Positions 50,501 through 59,735 are shown, counted from the stretch's first letter. The stretch: DNA of 64,000 nucleotides from Bacilli bacterium (GCA_017429285.1 JAFRPF010000031.1:11161-75160), one strand, 5' to 3'. The notes: generated by a model from the letters alone, not told the origin. Program-made: numbers and translations.

Positions 50501-51510
50501 GTAACACTTGGTGCATAAGTAACTATAATTTCTTTGCTACCAATATCTGTAGCCACAAATGTGGTTGGTGAGAAAGAACAAGAAGCTGTGACATCAATTT
50601 GTTCGCTACAATGGGAACATGTTCCCATCACTACTAATCCATCAGTTTCTAAATCATCACCAACATAATAATCAACTTTTGTGGGTAAATGAGTTACTTC
50701 AATAGAAGTAATTGTGGGCTCAATAACACTAATAGGTGTTGTACAAGATAATTGACCATAATTAATGGTAATTTCTTCTGTTCCTGCATCTAGAGCACCT
50801 TCTGGAGAATAGACGTAATCGGTAATTTCTTCTTTTGTGCCACCTTCATGTGTACCTTCTACATACATGCCTGTAGGATCAAATGATTCCCCGACATGAT
50901 AAGAAGTTTTTGTAGGAGGGGTTGTTACTTCAATTTTTGTAATTGGATCAGTAGGTGTACCACCTTCATAAACAACTTCAATTTTATTTAAATATAAAGC
51001 TGCTTGAGCTTGAGTGGGTCTACTAACTTCTATTGTGATAGCACCAGTCTTTTTCGCGGTGGAATTATCATATGCTAATTCAGTTCCTCCGGAGGCTGCG
51101 TTATTAGTTAAAACATCACTTGTGGCAACTTCATTTCCCCCAATTAAAATATGGCTTGTTGCATTAGTACTGTTTTTTGCAGCAGCCCAGACAGAAACTG
51201 ATTTAACCGTAATTGTGTTAAACGCTGTCGTAGACAAAGTTAAAGAAGTTGCATTTTTAGAATTAGAGCCAACATGAATATAAGATGCTTGATCATTAAT
51301 GCTATCGGCCACATAAGAAAATGACCAAGTATTACTTTTATCATCAGTTAAATCGCCGGCTGCTGTCACATGGCTTGGCTGTAAAGTCGCGGTCTCTTCC
51401 GCAGCGTTAGCCTTAATAACACTACTACCAGTCTTAGGTAATAACGCTACCGCTAATAAGGATAAGGACACGCCTGCTAAAACCGAGGCTAATAATTTTT
51501 TATGTCTCAT
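47506..51510 (-). CDS. Giant cell-surface protein with tandem Big_3-like Ig domains and C-terminal TM anchor
   Basis: About 1334 aa from the ATG preceded by AAGGAGA. Signal peptide MRHKKLLASVLAGVSLSLLAVALL. At least 6 repeats of the Y.VGE.FD.TGL.V...Y....VTVTY pattern. C-terminal hydrophobic helix plus KNKKNK tail. No LPXTG. Confidence 0.65.
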   Translation of the reverse strand: MRHKKLLASVLAGVSLSLLAVALLPKTGSSVIKANAAEETATLQPSHVTAAGDLTDDKSNTWSFSYVADSINDQASYIHVGSNSKNATSLTLSTTAFNTITVKSVSVWAAAKNSTNATSHILIGGNEVATSDVLTNNAASGGTELAYDNSTAKKTGAITIEVSRPTQAQAALYLNKIEVVYEGGTPTDPITKIEVTTPPTKTSYHVGESFDPTGMYVEGTHEGGTKEEITDYVYSPEGALDAGTEEITINYGQLSCTTPISVIEPTITSIEVTHLPTKVDYYVGDDLETDGLVVMGTCSHCSEQIDVTASCSFSPTTFVATDIGSKEIIVTYAPSVTTSFNVNVSAAPAKAKYSIVKTNDLAVGDEIVIASAGSVAYVMTGTINNDRYVGASVTKSSGLDSFTDDSGSAMVLTLEQGYTDTSFAFKNENGKYIAGKNDTKLAVETTITASSSWTIAIDADGVATFTNVGFTTRMIKLNPQNNVFGEYTASSSGMVDVSVFKYSGGNENITLNETEASGPTGDSISLTATPTTGYEPTSYHWEVSDTAVLSLDSDSDQTVIVTYEGEGVATATCTASDGTIIRQASCTITVHNYVYDVLTSNEYIITDYTFKVGMSTTNPRNNVTDINYSDGSSVFLFERANKADNSYYIRQGDSYVEKGASTAYLAFVSEPTTYWVVSRPTSGVEIFNLIDTEGRYLQHISGGFISGSDVQQENNNKIGLLVTQEFNSLSYSGTLTKDTYNEGEEFDATGLTITATFETFSLDVTGSVTWDALIAGNTSVTGRIQLSGAERTVTVSGITVTGYYCSEIAVDATNAQKDYFVGETTNKTGLVVTATYKDSAGIGPDRVEEVASDKYTLDPEVITSDTEEIRVVYDNCVATYPVNVTQAKFELSPSITAGDHVVFAAGSDNLEMYNENFEVKEFTYRPHGEKVFEVEKVTNGGWAFRDLDSGEYLSANGKALEYNTSVVPAAVWEVSITRTDTYDTVYIESKSQTDYLYMSYNSDADKIKMANTSDIEIYEDVTLKKPQSIEVDTSSTHDTEFEVGETFSYSGLKIKVNWGGGAFDVISTGFQVETPDMLTAGQKSVTVTYMGVETSYTINVKPSSQHVMVGIEVSGMKNVFIVGEYFSFGGQVKAVFSDNTREPLDASDYVITGQPDEGVPFTEAQVGIKQITVTYKLNTEFKCVYDIEIVSNDHNDLESISVTNPVTTYNVGDEFVKPTVMAQFEFGDPVDVTNEATFSGYNMNQAGTYTVDVSYTAGEITKHTSFTITVSNGGGTSEDPTSGGSSSGSTSEGGGSKKSINVLAWAIPVIIGSVIVLGGVGVGIYFLIKNKKNK

Positions 51511-51567
51511 ATTTATATCTCCTTTCAATAAAGTCCCCCAACCAAGATAGATTGGGGGGTATAAATA

Positions 51568-52839
51568 TTAGAGTTTTTCAACGGTTTCTTGTAAAACCAT
51601 TTTCTTTAAATTCTTTTCTTTTCTACCTGGTTTTAAAACTCTTTCACCAGGTTTAATCGCTCCAACTGGACACACAAGTCCGCATAATAAGCAACCAACG
51701 CATTTATCATGGTTGCAATTTGGACGACGTGTTTCTTTATTCCATTCCATAGCTTGGTGAGCGCCGTCATAACAAGAGATGACGCATCTTCCACAGCCAA
51801 CGCATTTATCGGAGTTAATTTCTGGATAGACGATATAATCTCTATCAAGTTCTTCCGCTGGAATGATATTTTTATTAGCTAATCCGACTAAGTCTTCTAA
51901 ATGATCGACACCTTGTTCTTCCATATAGTGTTCTAAGCCGTTTTTCATATCTTCAACAATACGATAGCCATATTGCATAATACCTGTGGTAACTTGTAAG
52001 TTTTTACAACCTAATAAGATAAATTCCGCAGCATCTTCCCAAGTTTCGATACCACCGATACCGGAGATATCTACATTCTTAAGTTTTGGATTAGTTTTCA
52101 TCTGTTGAATAAATCTTAAGGCCACTGGTTTAACAGCTTTACCAGAATAACCAGAGATAGAGGATTTACCATTAATAATTGGTAAACCAACTTTCTTATC
52201 TAAATCAACATTGATAATAGATTTAATAGTGTTAATAGCAGCGATACCATCCGCTCCACCTTCAATAGAAGCGATGGCAGGATCACACATATCAGTGATA
52301 TTTGGTGTCATCTTGGCCATGAATGGTAATTTGGTGCTTCTTCTAACCGCCGCGCAGTATTTACGGCAAAGTTCAGGATTACTACCAACATCGCTACCCA
52401 TCGCATGAGAAGTCATCTGTGGACAGGAGAAATTTAATTCAATCATATCCGCACCGGCTTCGGTGACAAGTCTAGCTAATTCTTCCCAGTCTTTTTCATT
52501 ACTACCCATAATTGAGGCGATAAGAACGTTATTTGGGAATTCTTTTTTAAGTCTTCTTAAGTCCGCTAAATTTTCTTCTAAAGAGTGTTCAGCGATCTGT
52601 TCCATGTTTTTAAAACCAACAAATGGTTCCGCTTCTTTTGTTAAAGCGTCAAAACGAGGAGAAACTTCATCGATTAAATAATGTTTTGGACCAATTGTCT
52701 TAAAGACAACTCCACCCCAACCACTACGATAGGCTTTCGCACACATGTCATAGCAGTTACCAACTGGGGAAGATGATAAACAGAATGGGTTTGGGAATTT
52801 AACACCCATGAAGGTAATGGATAAATCTTTTCTAACCAT
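51568..52839 (-). CDS. preA: Dihydroorotate-dehydrogenase-family flavoprotein with C-terminal 2x[4Fe-4S] (PreA-like dihydropyrimidine dehydrogenase subunit)
   Basis: 423 aa; DHOD/DHPD TIM-barrel motifs plus C-terminal [11 protein letters not shown]...[12 protein letters not shown] ferredoxin domain. Confidence 0.65.
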   Translation of the reverse strand: MVRKDLSITFMGVKFPNPFCLSSSPVGNCYDMCAKAYRSGWGGVVFKTIGPKHYLIDEVSPRFDALTKEAEPFVGFKNMEQIAEHSLEENLADLRRLKKEFPNNVLIASIMGSNEKDWEELARLVTEAGADMIELNFSCPQMTSHAMGSDVGSNPELCRKYCAAVRRSTKLPFMAKMTPNITDMCDPAIASIEGGADGIAAINTIKSIINVDLDKKVGLPIINGKSSISGYSGKAVKPVALRFIQQMKTNPKLKNVDISGIGGIETWEDAAEFILLGCKNLQVTTGIMQYGYRIVEDMKNGLEHYMEEQGVDHLEDLVGLANKNIIPAEELDRDYIVYPEINSDKCVGCGRCVISCYDGAHQAMEWNKETRRPNCNHDKCVGCLLCGLVCPVGAIKPGERVLKPGRKEKNLKKMVLQETVEKL

Positions 52840-54071
52840 TATTTTTTACCTCCTAAAAATCTTTTGACTTCAAAAGCGACTTCTTTACCGCTTCTGACAC
52901 CATAAACAACTGTCTTTTCACCATGACCAATGTCACCAGCAAAGAAGACGTTAGTGCCTTCCACACGGCAACCTTTTTGGTTAACTTCGCCTTTTTCTAA
53001 AGTAACGCCTAATCCGTTCACATTAGAAACTTGGCCAACCGCTAAGATGATAAGATCAGCTTTAATCTTTAATTCAGCAGGAATAACTCTATGTTTAAAT
53101 TTAACAATTCCGCCTCTAGCCACAGCGGTAGGAACATAACCATCAATGATAGTGACTCCTTCTGCTTGTGCGCCTGTTAATTCCTTCTTGGAAGCACGGA
53201 ATTCAGAAAATTGTTCATAAACAACATCGGTCACATGTGGGCAACCTAATAATTTTAAGGATGTGACGACATCCATCGCGACGTCACCACCACCAATTAC
53301 TAAAACATTGTTAGGAACTTTGACATTACCTTTTCTAGCTTTAGTTTTCTTTAACCAATCAACAGCCTTAATGACTTTGCGGTTATTTTCAAACATTGGT
53401 AACATCTTACCTTCGCTAGCACCAACCGCTAATATAACAGCGTCATTTTCTTTTCTTAATTCTTCGATTTTAACGTCTTCACCGACTTTAGTGTTTAAAA
53501 CGATATCAACACCTAATTCGACAATTCTTTTTATTTCTTTATCAACGATTTCATTTGGTAAACGATATTCAGGAATACCATATCTTAAATAGCCACCGGC
53601 TTTTGCTTCTTTTTCATAAATTGTCACTTTAAAGCCTTCTTTAGCGAGTTCTGCAGCGACTGTTAAGCCACTTGGACCACTACCGATAACGGCGACTTTC
53701 TTACCATTAGGTTCTTTAACTTCTAAGATTTCCATCTTGGTAGCATCTTCAAAGTCTGTGATGTAACGTTGAATTCTACCGATATCGATTGGTTTATCAA
53801 TACCGCTTCTGCTACAACCTTCTTGGCAATATCTTTCTGTTGGACAAACTCTTGCGCATATCGCCCCTAAGACGTTATTAATACGCACAGTCTCCGCGGC
53901 TCCTTTGACGTTTTTAAAACGTAAGGAACGAATAAATTTAGCAGGATCTGTTCCTGCTGGACAACTAGTAGAACATGGAGCGTCTAAGCATAGTAAACAC
54001 CTGCTGGCTTCTTCCATAACTAAACGAGGTGTAAAACCGACTTCATATTCTTCTTGGTACTTTTTGGACAT
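52839..54071 (-). CDS. preT: GltD-family FAD/NAD(P)-binding oxidoreductase with N-terminal Fe-S (PreT-like partner subunit)
   Basis: About 410 aa from the ATG downstream of GGAGGGG. Cys motifs [14 protein letters not shown]. Rossmann [11 protein letters not shown] and [12 protein letters not shown]. Stop overlaps the preA start. Confidence 0.65.
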   Translation of the reverse strand: MSKKYQEEYEVGFTPRLVMEEASRCLLCLDAPCSTSCPAGTDPAKFIRSLRFKNVKGAAETVRINNVLGAICARVCPTERYCQEGCSRSGIDKPIDIGRIQRYITDFEDATKMEILEVKEPNGKKVAVIGSGPSGLTVAAELAKEGFKVTIYEKEAKAGGYLRYGIPEYRLPNEIVDKEIKRIVELGVDIVLNTKVGEDVKIEELRKENDAVILAVGASEGKMLPMFENNRKVIKAVDWLKKTKARKGNVKVPNNVLVIGGGDVAMDVVTSLKLLGCPHVTDVVYEQFSEFRASKKELTGAQAEGVTIIDGYVPTAVARGGIVKFKHRVIPAELKIKADLIILAVGQVSNVNGLGVTLEKGEVNQKGCRVEGTNVFFAGDIGHGEKTVVYGVRSGKEVAFEVKRFLGGKK

Positions 54072-54296
54072 TATTAACCCCTCCATAAAAAGTATTAAGA
54101 ATTATTCTTTGTCTATATTCTATCAAAGGATTTAATTTTATTAAATAAAAGAATGCTAACTATTACTAATAATAAGATATTGTCTCATCATAAAATTTTT
54201 TAATCATAGATTAATAAAAAATCTTTCTCATTTTTTTGAACATTTTGGAATTTATACCCCCTATTTGTGATATAGGAGGGTATCTTATCTTCCTCG

Positions 54297-54471
54297 TAGT
54301 TACGTATAGGCGCTTCTTCGCCCACGACAGATTTAAAGACTCGTGAAAAAAGGAGGAAGTGTCTATGGAAATTATCATAGTTTTCATGACTTTACTGCTA
54401 TTGATGCTAGTAGAAGTAAAGAAAAACAGGAATTAACACCTTAAGTTAAAAATCCTGCCTATACGTAACTA
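54297..54471. repeat. 15-bp perfect inverted repeats (TAGTTACGTATAGGC at 54297-54311 / GCCTATACGTAACTA at 54457-54471) bracketing a small ORF
   Basis: Read directly; 145 bp apart; enclose a strong RBS and a 23-codon hydrophobic ORF. Confidence 0.5.
54365..54436 (+). CDS. 23-aa hydrophobic peptide with charged tail (MEIIIVFMTLLLLMLVEVKKNRN), type I toxin-like
   Basis: Not in ORF track (<60 aa); AAAAAAGGAGGAAGTGTCT-ATG strong SD; single TM helix plus KKNRN tail; flanked by long-range inverted repeats. Confidence 0.25.
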   Translation: MEIIIVFMTLLLLMLVEVKKNRN

Positions 54472-54565
54472 TTGTTACATCTTTATTTTATATTATTGAT
54501 TTCATTAAGCAAGAAAAAAAGTTGCCCACGTATTATGGACAACTCTTCGATCAATAATTAATTAA

Positions 54566-55027
54566 TTATTTGGACCATTTAACGGTGAAGTCATGTTCCA
54601 CACCCATGGCTTTACCTTTCATACTGGTTAATAAGCCATATTTGTTAAAGGTCGCAGTGCCGTTATCTTGTTCAGCTTTCATTGTAACTTTGAAGGAACC
54701 GTTACCGAAATAATAGGTGAAATTTTCATCATTACCAATAACAGTGGCATTCATTGTGAAGACTTGTAAACCCGCTAAAGCGGCAACGCTATTGTCATTT
54801 GTACTTGCTTTGCCGTCTTTCCATTCATAGGTAGTTTTGTCAAATTCGACTTTCAAACCATTGTAGCTAGTATAACCGTTTAAAACGACCTTTGTGTAAG
54901 GAACTTCTAGCTTAGCAGCGTTAACAGCTTCTTCATGGAATTTGTCATAGCTGACTTTGCTTGGGCCACAGGCTGTCAATAGGACTAGTGATGCAGCACC
55001 TAAAACTAATTTGTTTAAGATTTTCAT
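54566..55027 (-). CDS. Small lipoprotein of unknown function
   Basis: 153 aa; lipobox LVLLTACG. Confidence 0.5.
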   Translation of the reverse strand: MKILNKLVLGAASLVLLTACGPSKVSYDKFHEEAVNAAKLEVPYTKVVLNGYTSYNGLKVEFDKTTYEWKDGKASTNDNSVAALAGLQVFTMNATVIGNDENFTYYFGNGSFKVTMKAEQDNGTATFNKYGLLTSMKGKAMGVEHDFTVKWSK

Positions 55028-55184
55028 ATTTTTATCAATCCCCTTATGTAAAACATAATATCACTTGGTTTTTACTACTTAGAAACACTTTTTATATTTT
55101 TTGTATCTAAAATTGATACTAATTTTAAATTAATAATTGATTTTGGACGCATTTATGCTATCATATTTACGTAAGGAAATCTAC

Positions 55185-55550
55185 ATGTTTAAAGTTATAT
55201 TTTATGAAGATAAAACCGGATACTCAGAGCTTTTCGAGCTATTAAGCGCTTTAGCAGAAAAAGCTCCAAGTGACAAAGATAAAAGGATCCAACTTAAACA
55301 GATTACTTTACATATCGAATTATTAAAACAACAAGGCACAAGATTGCCAAACAATATAACCAAGCATTTACGCGATGATATTTGGGAGTTAAGACCAGGA
55401 GGAAACAGAATATTATATTTCTATTTTAAAGATAATATGTTTGTCTTGTTGCATATGTTCAAAAAGAAAACTCAAAAGACACCTATACAGGAAATAGATA
55501 AAGCAATAAGAGAAAAGAATGATTATATATCTAGAAATAAGGAGAGATGA
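55185..55550 (+). CDS. higB: Type II toxin, RelE/ParE superfamily (HigB / phage Gp49-like, DUF891)
   Basis: Start set at MFKVIFYEDK (RBS AAGGA); ..IWELRPGGNRILYFYF.. block typical of Gp49-like toxins; stop 1 nt before the HTH gene. Confidence 0.6.
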   Translation: MFKVIFYEDKTGYSELFELLSALAEKAPSDKDKRIQLKQITLHIELLKQQGTRLPNNITKHLRDDIWELRPGGNRILYFYFKDNMFVLLHMFKKKTQKTPIQEIDKAIREKNDYISRNKER

Positions 55551-55551
55551 A

Positions 55552-55827
55552 ATGAGAACTTGGGAAGATTTTAAAAAAACCGCTAAAGAGAAAAACGATA
55601 TCACTAAACAAGATATCGAAGAAATGGAAGCTTTAGCCACCATCATTAGTGCCATTATTGATCGAAGAAACGAACTTGGTTATTCACAAAGAGATTTAGC
55701 AGAAAAATGTGGAATTCCACATTCATCTGTAGCAAGAATCGAGTCATGTGTCGTTAAACCTAATATCGAAACATTAATCAAAATAATGAAACCATTAGGT
55801 CTTACTTTAGAAGTGGCCACATTATAA
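55552..55827 (+). CDS. higA: XRE-family HTH antitoxin (HigA-like)
   Basis: About 91 aa from MRTWEDFKK (RBS GGAGAG); HTH LGYSQRDLAEKCGIPHSSVARIE; toxin-first gene order as in higBA. Confidence 0.6.
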   Translation: MRTWEDFKKTAKEKNDITKQDIEEMEALATIISAIIDRRNELGYSQRDLAEKCGIPHSSVARIESCVVKPNIETLIKIMKPLGLTLEVATL

Positions 55828-55861
55828 TAATCGAGTAAAATATATTTAAACTTAATACAAA

Positions 55862-55893
55862 AGAAACCCCTACATTGTAGGGGTATTATTTTA
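55862..55893. terminator. Bidirectional intrinsic terminator between higA (+) and lipoprotein gene (-)
   Basis: CCCCTAC-att-GTAGGGG with T-rich flanks on both strands. Confidence 0.45.
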
Positions 55894-55899
55894 ATTGTG

Positions 55900-57762
55900 T
55901 TAATCTCCGTAAGTGATAACTAAGGAACGCCAATCGGTTAGGTCGGTCATTGATGATTTATAATAAGAATTCTTATTACAGTAACTGCTAACTGACCAGA
56001 AAAGACATATTCCATTAGAATTACCAGCACCTTGTTGGTGGGTTTCATAAGCCACTAAATGGCTATGAGCGGTCAAAACTGCGTCAGTGTATGTACTACC
56101 TGGATCAAAAGAAGAATCTGCTAATTCATTAACAAAATCTTTCGCGTCAAATGTTCCATAACCTGTATAACTACTACCAGCGTAATGCTGGCAAGATTTA
56201 ATCAAAGATTTAAAAGAAGATTTCGTGCTAGAAGTAATAGAAATATGTTTAGCCATATTATTCCAAGCATTTTTGTATTCTTCAGCATAAGATAAATCTA
56301 AATAAGATTGAGTTTGATTACCACTAGAAGAAACTCCACCATTATCTTTGATAAATCCATCACAAATAGCTTTTAATATCGTGGTTGTTGGTTTATCAGC
56401 ATATAAATCATCAATCCATGTTTCATAATCATATCCTTCACCAGCTTCACTCTCTTGAGAGCAAACCATATAATTGAAGAATTCACTATTTTTAATTGCG
56501 ATATCTTGAACCGCCATTAAACATGCGTCATAACCAATAAATTCTAATTTATCGGATTTACTTCTTCCGGTTTTTTCGAAGGCTCCATTAACTGCGTTAT
56601 ATACTTCGTCAGTTAATAAACTATCATCGCCATGGTTTTCATCATAACAAACACCTTGCATCGCTCCACCATGGTTCCATAAGATAACGCCTGTTTTTTC
56701 GGCTGGATAATCTGTAAGACCCCATTCTAAGAAACTTTGGAAAGTGGAAGTTAAGCCCATTGATTGATCACCTAAGGTGTCATCTTCCAAGACGATTTTA
56801 TTATTCACAACTCTATGTCTTTGAGTTCTTTCATTAGAAATTGTGTAATTATCGGAATAATGACCATATTTGGAGTTATTAGTCCATACAGATGCTCCAC
56901 CAGTTTGAATAAGAATATTCACATCATCTGGTTGTCCGTTAACAGAAAGAATTTCTTGAATATCGCTAACCGCTAAACCAACTCCATCCCAAGAATATGC
57001 ATTACCATAATCATCGTAGACTGTTGTTTGATTAGCGTAGCCGCTTTCTAAATCGTTTCCACATAAATAAATCATAAGTGTCCATTTATCTAAGACAATT
57101 TCTTGGATACTAATGGTTTTTGAAGCTTCGAATTTATTATCCACGGTTTTCGCGGTAACAACGACACTACCTTCAGTAGAATATGAAGTTAGAACACCTG
57201 TATTACTAATAGATGCTAAATTCGTGTTATCAACTGACCAGTTAATTTCTGGTAACTCCGCCCCACTTGGAGTAGGACTAACAGAGAAAGCCATCGTGGA
57301 ATTAAGACCCATATTATTTCTAGATGTAGAAATAGTAATACCAGTTAATTCTGGTCTAACTACTTCCACTTCAAAAGTTTTAGTAAATGGTCTACTTGTG
57401 TCATTTGCAAAATAAGAAGAAACGGAAACTGTAGCTGTGCCTAATGCTAAAGCATTAAATTCACAAGCTGTCTTTGTCGTACCAGTGGTCACTTTCTTTA
57501 AGATTGTGTTATCAGATGATTTCCAAGTAATTTTTTTACTAGGCATTTGATCGCTAGGATCCATACTTAAAGTAAGTTTGACTTTATTACCAGAAACAAC
57601 TTTAGAATCACCGCTTAAAGTGACTTTGACACCATCAATTTCTTCTGTATCGTCAGAATGAACATCTTCACTGACACTCTCCGCTTTTGGAGAGACGATA
57701 TTACATGATGAAAGAAGCAATGGAGTTAATATTAACGGAAATAGTTTCCAAATCTTTCTCAT
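55900..57762 (-). CDS. Surface lipoprotein with two Big_2-like Ig domains and a clostripain-like (peptidase C11) domain
   Basis: Start set at MRKIWKLF (RBS AAGGGGA). Lipobox LLLSSCN. Catalytic dyad candidates ..ILWNHGGAMQG.. (His) and ..FIGYDACLMAV.. (Cys), spaced as in C11 peptidases. Confidence 0.5.
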   Translation of the reverse strand: MRKIWKLFPLILTPLLLSSCNIVSPKAESVSEDVHSDDTEEIDGVKVTLSGDSKVVSGNKVKLTLSMDPSDQMPSKKITWKSSDNTILKKVTTGTTKTACEFNALALGTATVSVSSYFANDTSRPFTKTFEVEVVRPELTGITISTSRNNMGLNSTMAFSVSPTPSGAELPEINWSVDNTNLASISNTGVLTSYSTEGSVVVTAKTVDNKFEASKTISIQEIVLDKWTLMIYLCGNDLESGYANQTTVYDDYGNAYSWDGVGLAVSDIQEILSVNGQPDDVNILIQTGGASVWTNNSKYGHYSDNYTISNERTQRHRVVNNKIVLEDDTLGDQSMGLTSTFQSFLEWGLTDYPAEKTGVILWNHGGAMQGVCYDENHGDDSLLTDEVYNAVNGAFEKTGRSKSDKLEFIGYDACLMAVQDIAIKNSEFFNYMVCSQESEAGEGYDYETWIDDLYADKPTTTILKAICDGFIKDNGGVSSSGNQTQSYLDLSYAEEYKNAWNNMAKHISITSSTKSSFKSLIKSCQHYAGSSYTGYGTFDAKDFVNELADSSFDPGSTYTDAVLTAHSHLVAYETHQQGAGNSNGICLFWSVSSYCNKNSYYKSSMTDLTDWRSLVITYGD

Positions 57763-57883
57763 AATTTTCCCCTTTAGTTCCATTTTAATGGAGAGATTAT
57801 TTTAAGGGAAAAAGAAAGACAATGCAAATAAAGTGTTTATTTATTGTTATTAAATAAAGAATGTATGTATCGATTGTAAGGTT

Positions 57884-57912
57884 AAAAAAGAAGTGATGAT
57901 AACACCACTTCT
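57884..57912 (-). terminator. Intrinsic terminator after rplQ
   Basis: GAAGTGGTG-ttatcat-CACTTC followed by TTTTTT on the minus strand. Confidence 0.5.
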
Positions 57913-57930
57913 ATTTAGTTTGATAAGAGA

Positions 57931-58332
57931 TTATTCAACCCAGGTAACCACGACGATTGGAGCGTCATCTCCACGTCTATTACCGAGTTTTAATCTTCTT
58001 GTATATCCACCGTTTCTTTCCTTAAATTTAGGACCGACTTCGGAGAATAAGACATCTAAAGCTTTTTTACCAGATTCGTTTTCGATGTTTCTAACAAATC
58101 TAGCAGCTTGTCTTTTTGCGTTCATAACATCTTCCTTTTTGGTTAATGTCACTAAACGATCTGCTTCTTTCACCACATCACGGGCGACAGCTTCTGTCAC
58201 TTTCACAGAACCTTTGAGAATTAAGTCAGTAACGACATTACGAAGCATATTCTCATATTTGCTCTTGGTATAGGCGGCTTTAAATCTTACGCCGGTCTTA
58301 CCATGGACATTTTTTCTACCTTGTGCTGGCAT
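57931..58332 (-). CDS. rplQ: 50S ribosomal protein L17 (with ~18-aa N-terminal extension)
   Basis: C-terminal ..GGYTRRLKLGNRRGDDAPIVVV.. L17 signature; strong RBS AAGGAGGT before the annotated ATG. Confidence 0.9.
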   Translation of the reverse strand: MPAQGRKNVHGKTGVRFKAAYTKSKYENMLRNVVTDLILKGSVKVTEAVARDVVKEADRLVTLTKKEDVMNAKRQAARFVRNIENESGKKALDVLFSEVGPKFKERNGGYTRRLKLGNRRGDDAPIVVVTWVE

Positions 58333-58346
58333 AACTTGTTACCTCC

Positions 58347-59312
58347 TTATTCAAAGTCTCTGAAGGATAAACCATAAGAAATTAATTTTTCTTTGATTTC
58401 CTTAAGTGATTTCTTACCTAAGTTTTTGACCTTCATCATCTCTTCTTCACTCTTTTCTGTTAATTCGAGGATGGTTTGAATACCAGCTCTCTTTAAGCAG
58501 TTATAAGAACGGACGGAGAGATCTAATTCTTCGATGGTGAAGTTTTCATATTTATTTTCTTCAACTTTCACTTCATCCTTTTCGATATTGATATCTCTTG
58601 TGATATCAGCGACATCTAAGAATTTATTTAAGTGGGCAATTAAAATTTCCGCGGATAAGGCTAAAGCTTCTTGAGGAAGTATAGAGCCGTTTGTCCAAAC
58701 TTCGACTGTTAACTTGTCGAATCTAGAATCGTGTCCCACACGGGTGTTTTCGACGGTATAATTGGCTTTTCTCACTGGTGAGTAGTTACTATCAGTGGAA
58801 ATGGTGCCAAGAGTTAAACCGGTATGAAGTAATTTATTTTGTTCACCGGTCACATAACCACGACCATTTCTAGCGTGTAAAACCATCTTTAAGGAACCGC
58901 CTTCACAGACATGAGCGATTTCTAAATCTTTGTTAACGACTTCAACGCCGCTAGGTAAGATAATGTCACCAGCGGTCACCACTTTTGGTCCTTTAACATC
59001 GATTTCTAATTTTTTATTTGTGTCATCACCTTCAGGAATTTTTAAGACTAAGTCTTTTAAATTTAAGATGATGGATGTAACGTCTTCTTCCACACCTTCT
59101 AAAGCGGTGAATTCATGACGCGCACCTTCCACTTCTACCGCGTAGACAGAAGCGCCAGGTAAACTAGATAATAACACTCTTCTTAAAGCGTTACCTAATG
59201 TATTACCAAATCCTCTTTCAAGTGGTTCGATGACGAAACGACCATAATTTTCATTTCCGTCATAATCGGCTTGGGAGATCCCAAATCTTTCAAATGGGTT
59301 CGCAATTTTCAT
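58347..59312 (-). CDS. rpoA: DNA-directed RNA polymerase subunit alpha
   Basis: 321 aa; canonical RpoA N- and C-terminal domains. Confidence 0.95.
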   Translation of the reverse strand: MKIANPFERFGISQADYDGNENYGRFVIEPLERGFGNTLGNALRRVLLSSLPGASVYAVEVEGARHEFTALEGVEEDVTSIILNLKDLVLKIPEGDDTNKKLEIDVKGPKVVTAGDIILPSGVEVVNKDLEIAHVCEGGSLKMVLHARNGRGYVTGEQNKLLHTGLTLGTISTDSNYSPVRKANYTVENTRVGHDSRFDKLTVEVWTNGSILPQEALALSAEILIAHLNKFLDVADITRDINIEKDEVKVEENKYENFTIEELDLSVRSYNCLKRAGIQTILELTEKSEEEMMKVKNLGKKSLKEIKEKLISYGLSFRDFE

Positions 59313-59327
59313 GTTTTTTACCTCCTA

Positions 59328-59717
59328 TTAGCCTCTTGGGCGTTTTGGTGGACGACAGCCATTATGTGGGATTGGAGTGCTATCAACGATAGATAAGACT
59401 TGTAAACCCACGACCGCTAAAGAACGGATGGCGCCTTCACGACCTGGACCTGGACCTTTGACATCAACATCAACTTGTCTAATTCCTTGATCATAAGCGG
59501 CTTTACCAGCAGCTTCCGCGGCTTGTTGAGCAGCGAATGGAGTGGCTTTTTTCGCACCTTTGAAGCCCATCGCACCAGCGCTGGACCAGCTTAAGGCGTT
59601 GCCTTGTTCATCACAGATGGTCACAATGGTGTTATTGAAAGTGGAATGAATGTGGGCCACACCTTTAGTAAATGAACGTTTGACTTTCTTTTTACGAGTA
59701 TTTGTCTTTTGAGCCAT
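59328..59717 (-). CDS. rpsK: 30S ribosomal protein S11
   Basis: 129 aa; conserved S11 sequence. Confidence 0.95.
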   Translation of the reverse strand: MAQKTNTRKKKVKRSFTKGVAHIHSTFNNTIVTICDEQGNALSWSSAGAMGFKGAKKATPFAAQQAAEAAGKAAYDQGIRQVDVDVKGPGPGREGAIRSLAVVGLQVLSIVDSTPIPHNGCRPPKRPRG

Positions 59718-59735
59718 ATTACTTTCCTCCTTCTA

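Noticed and set aside
54240-54275. Imperfect hairpin TATACCCCCTA...TAGGAGGGTAT upstream of the small ORF
   Set aside because: Mismatched stem, no T-run; could be chance in a GGAGG-containing promoter region.
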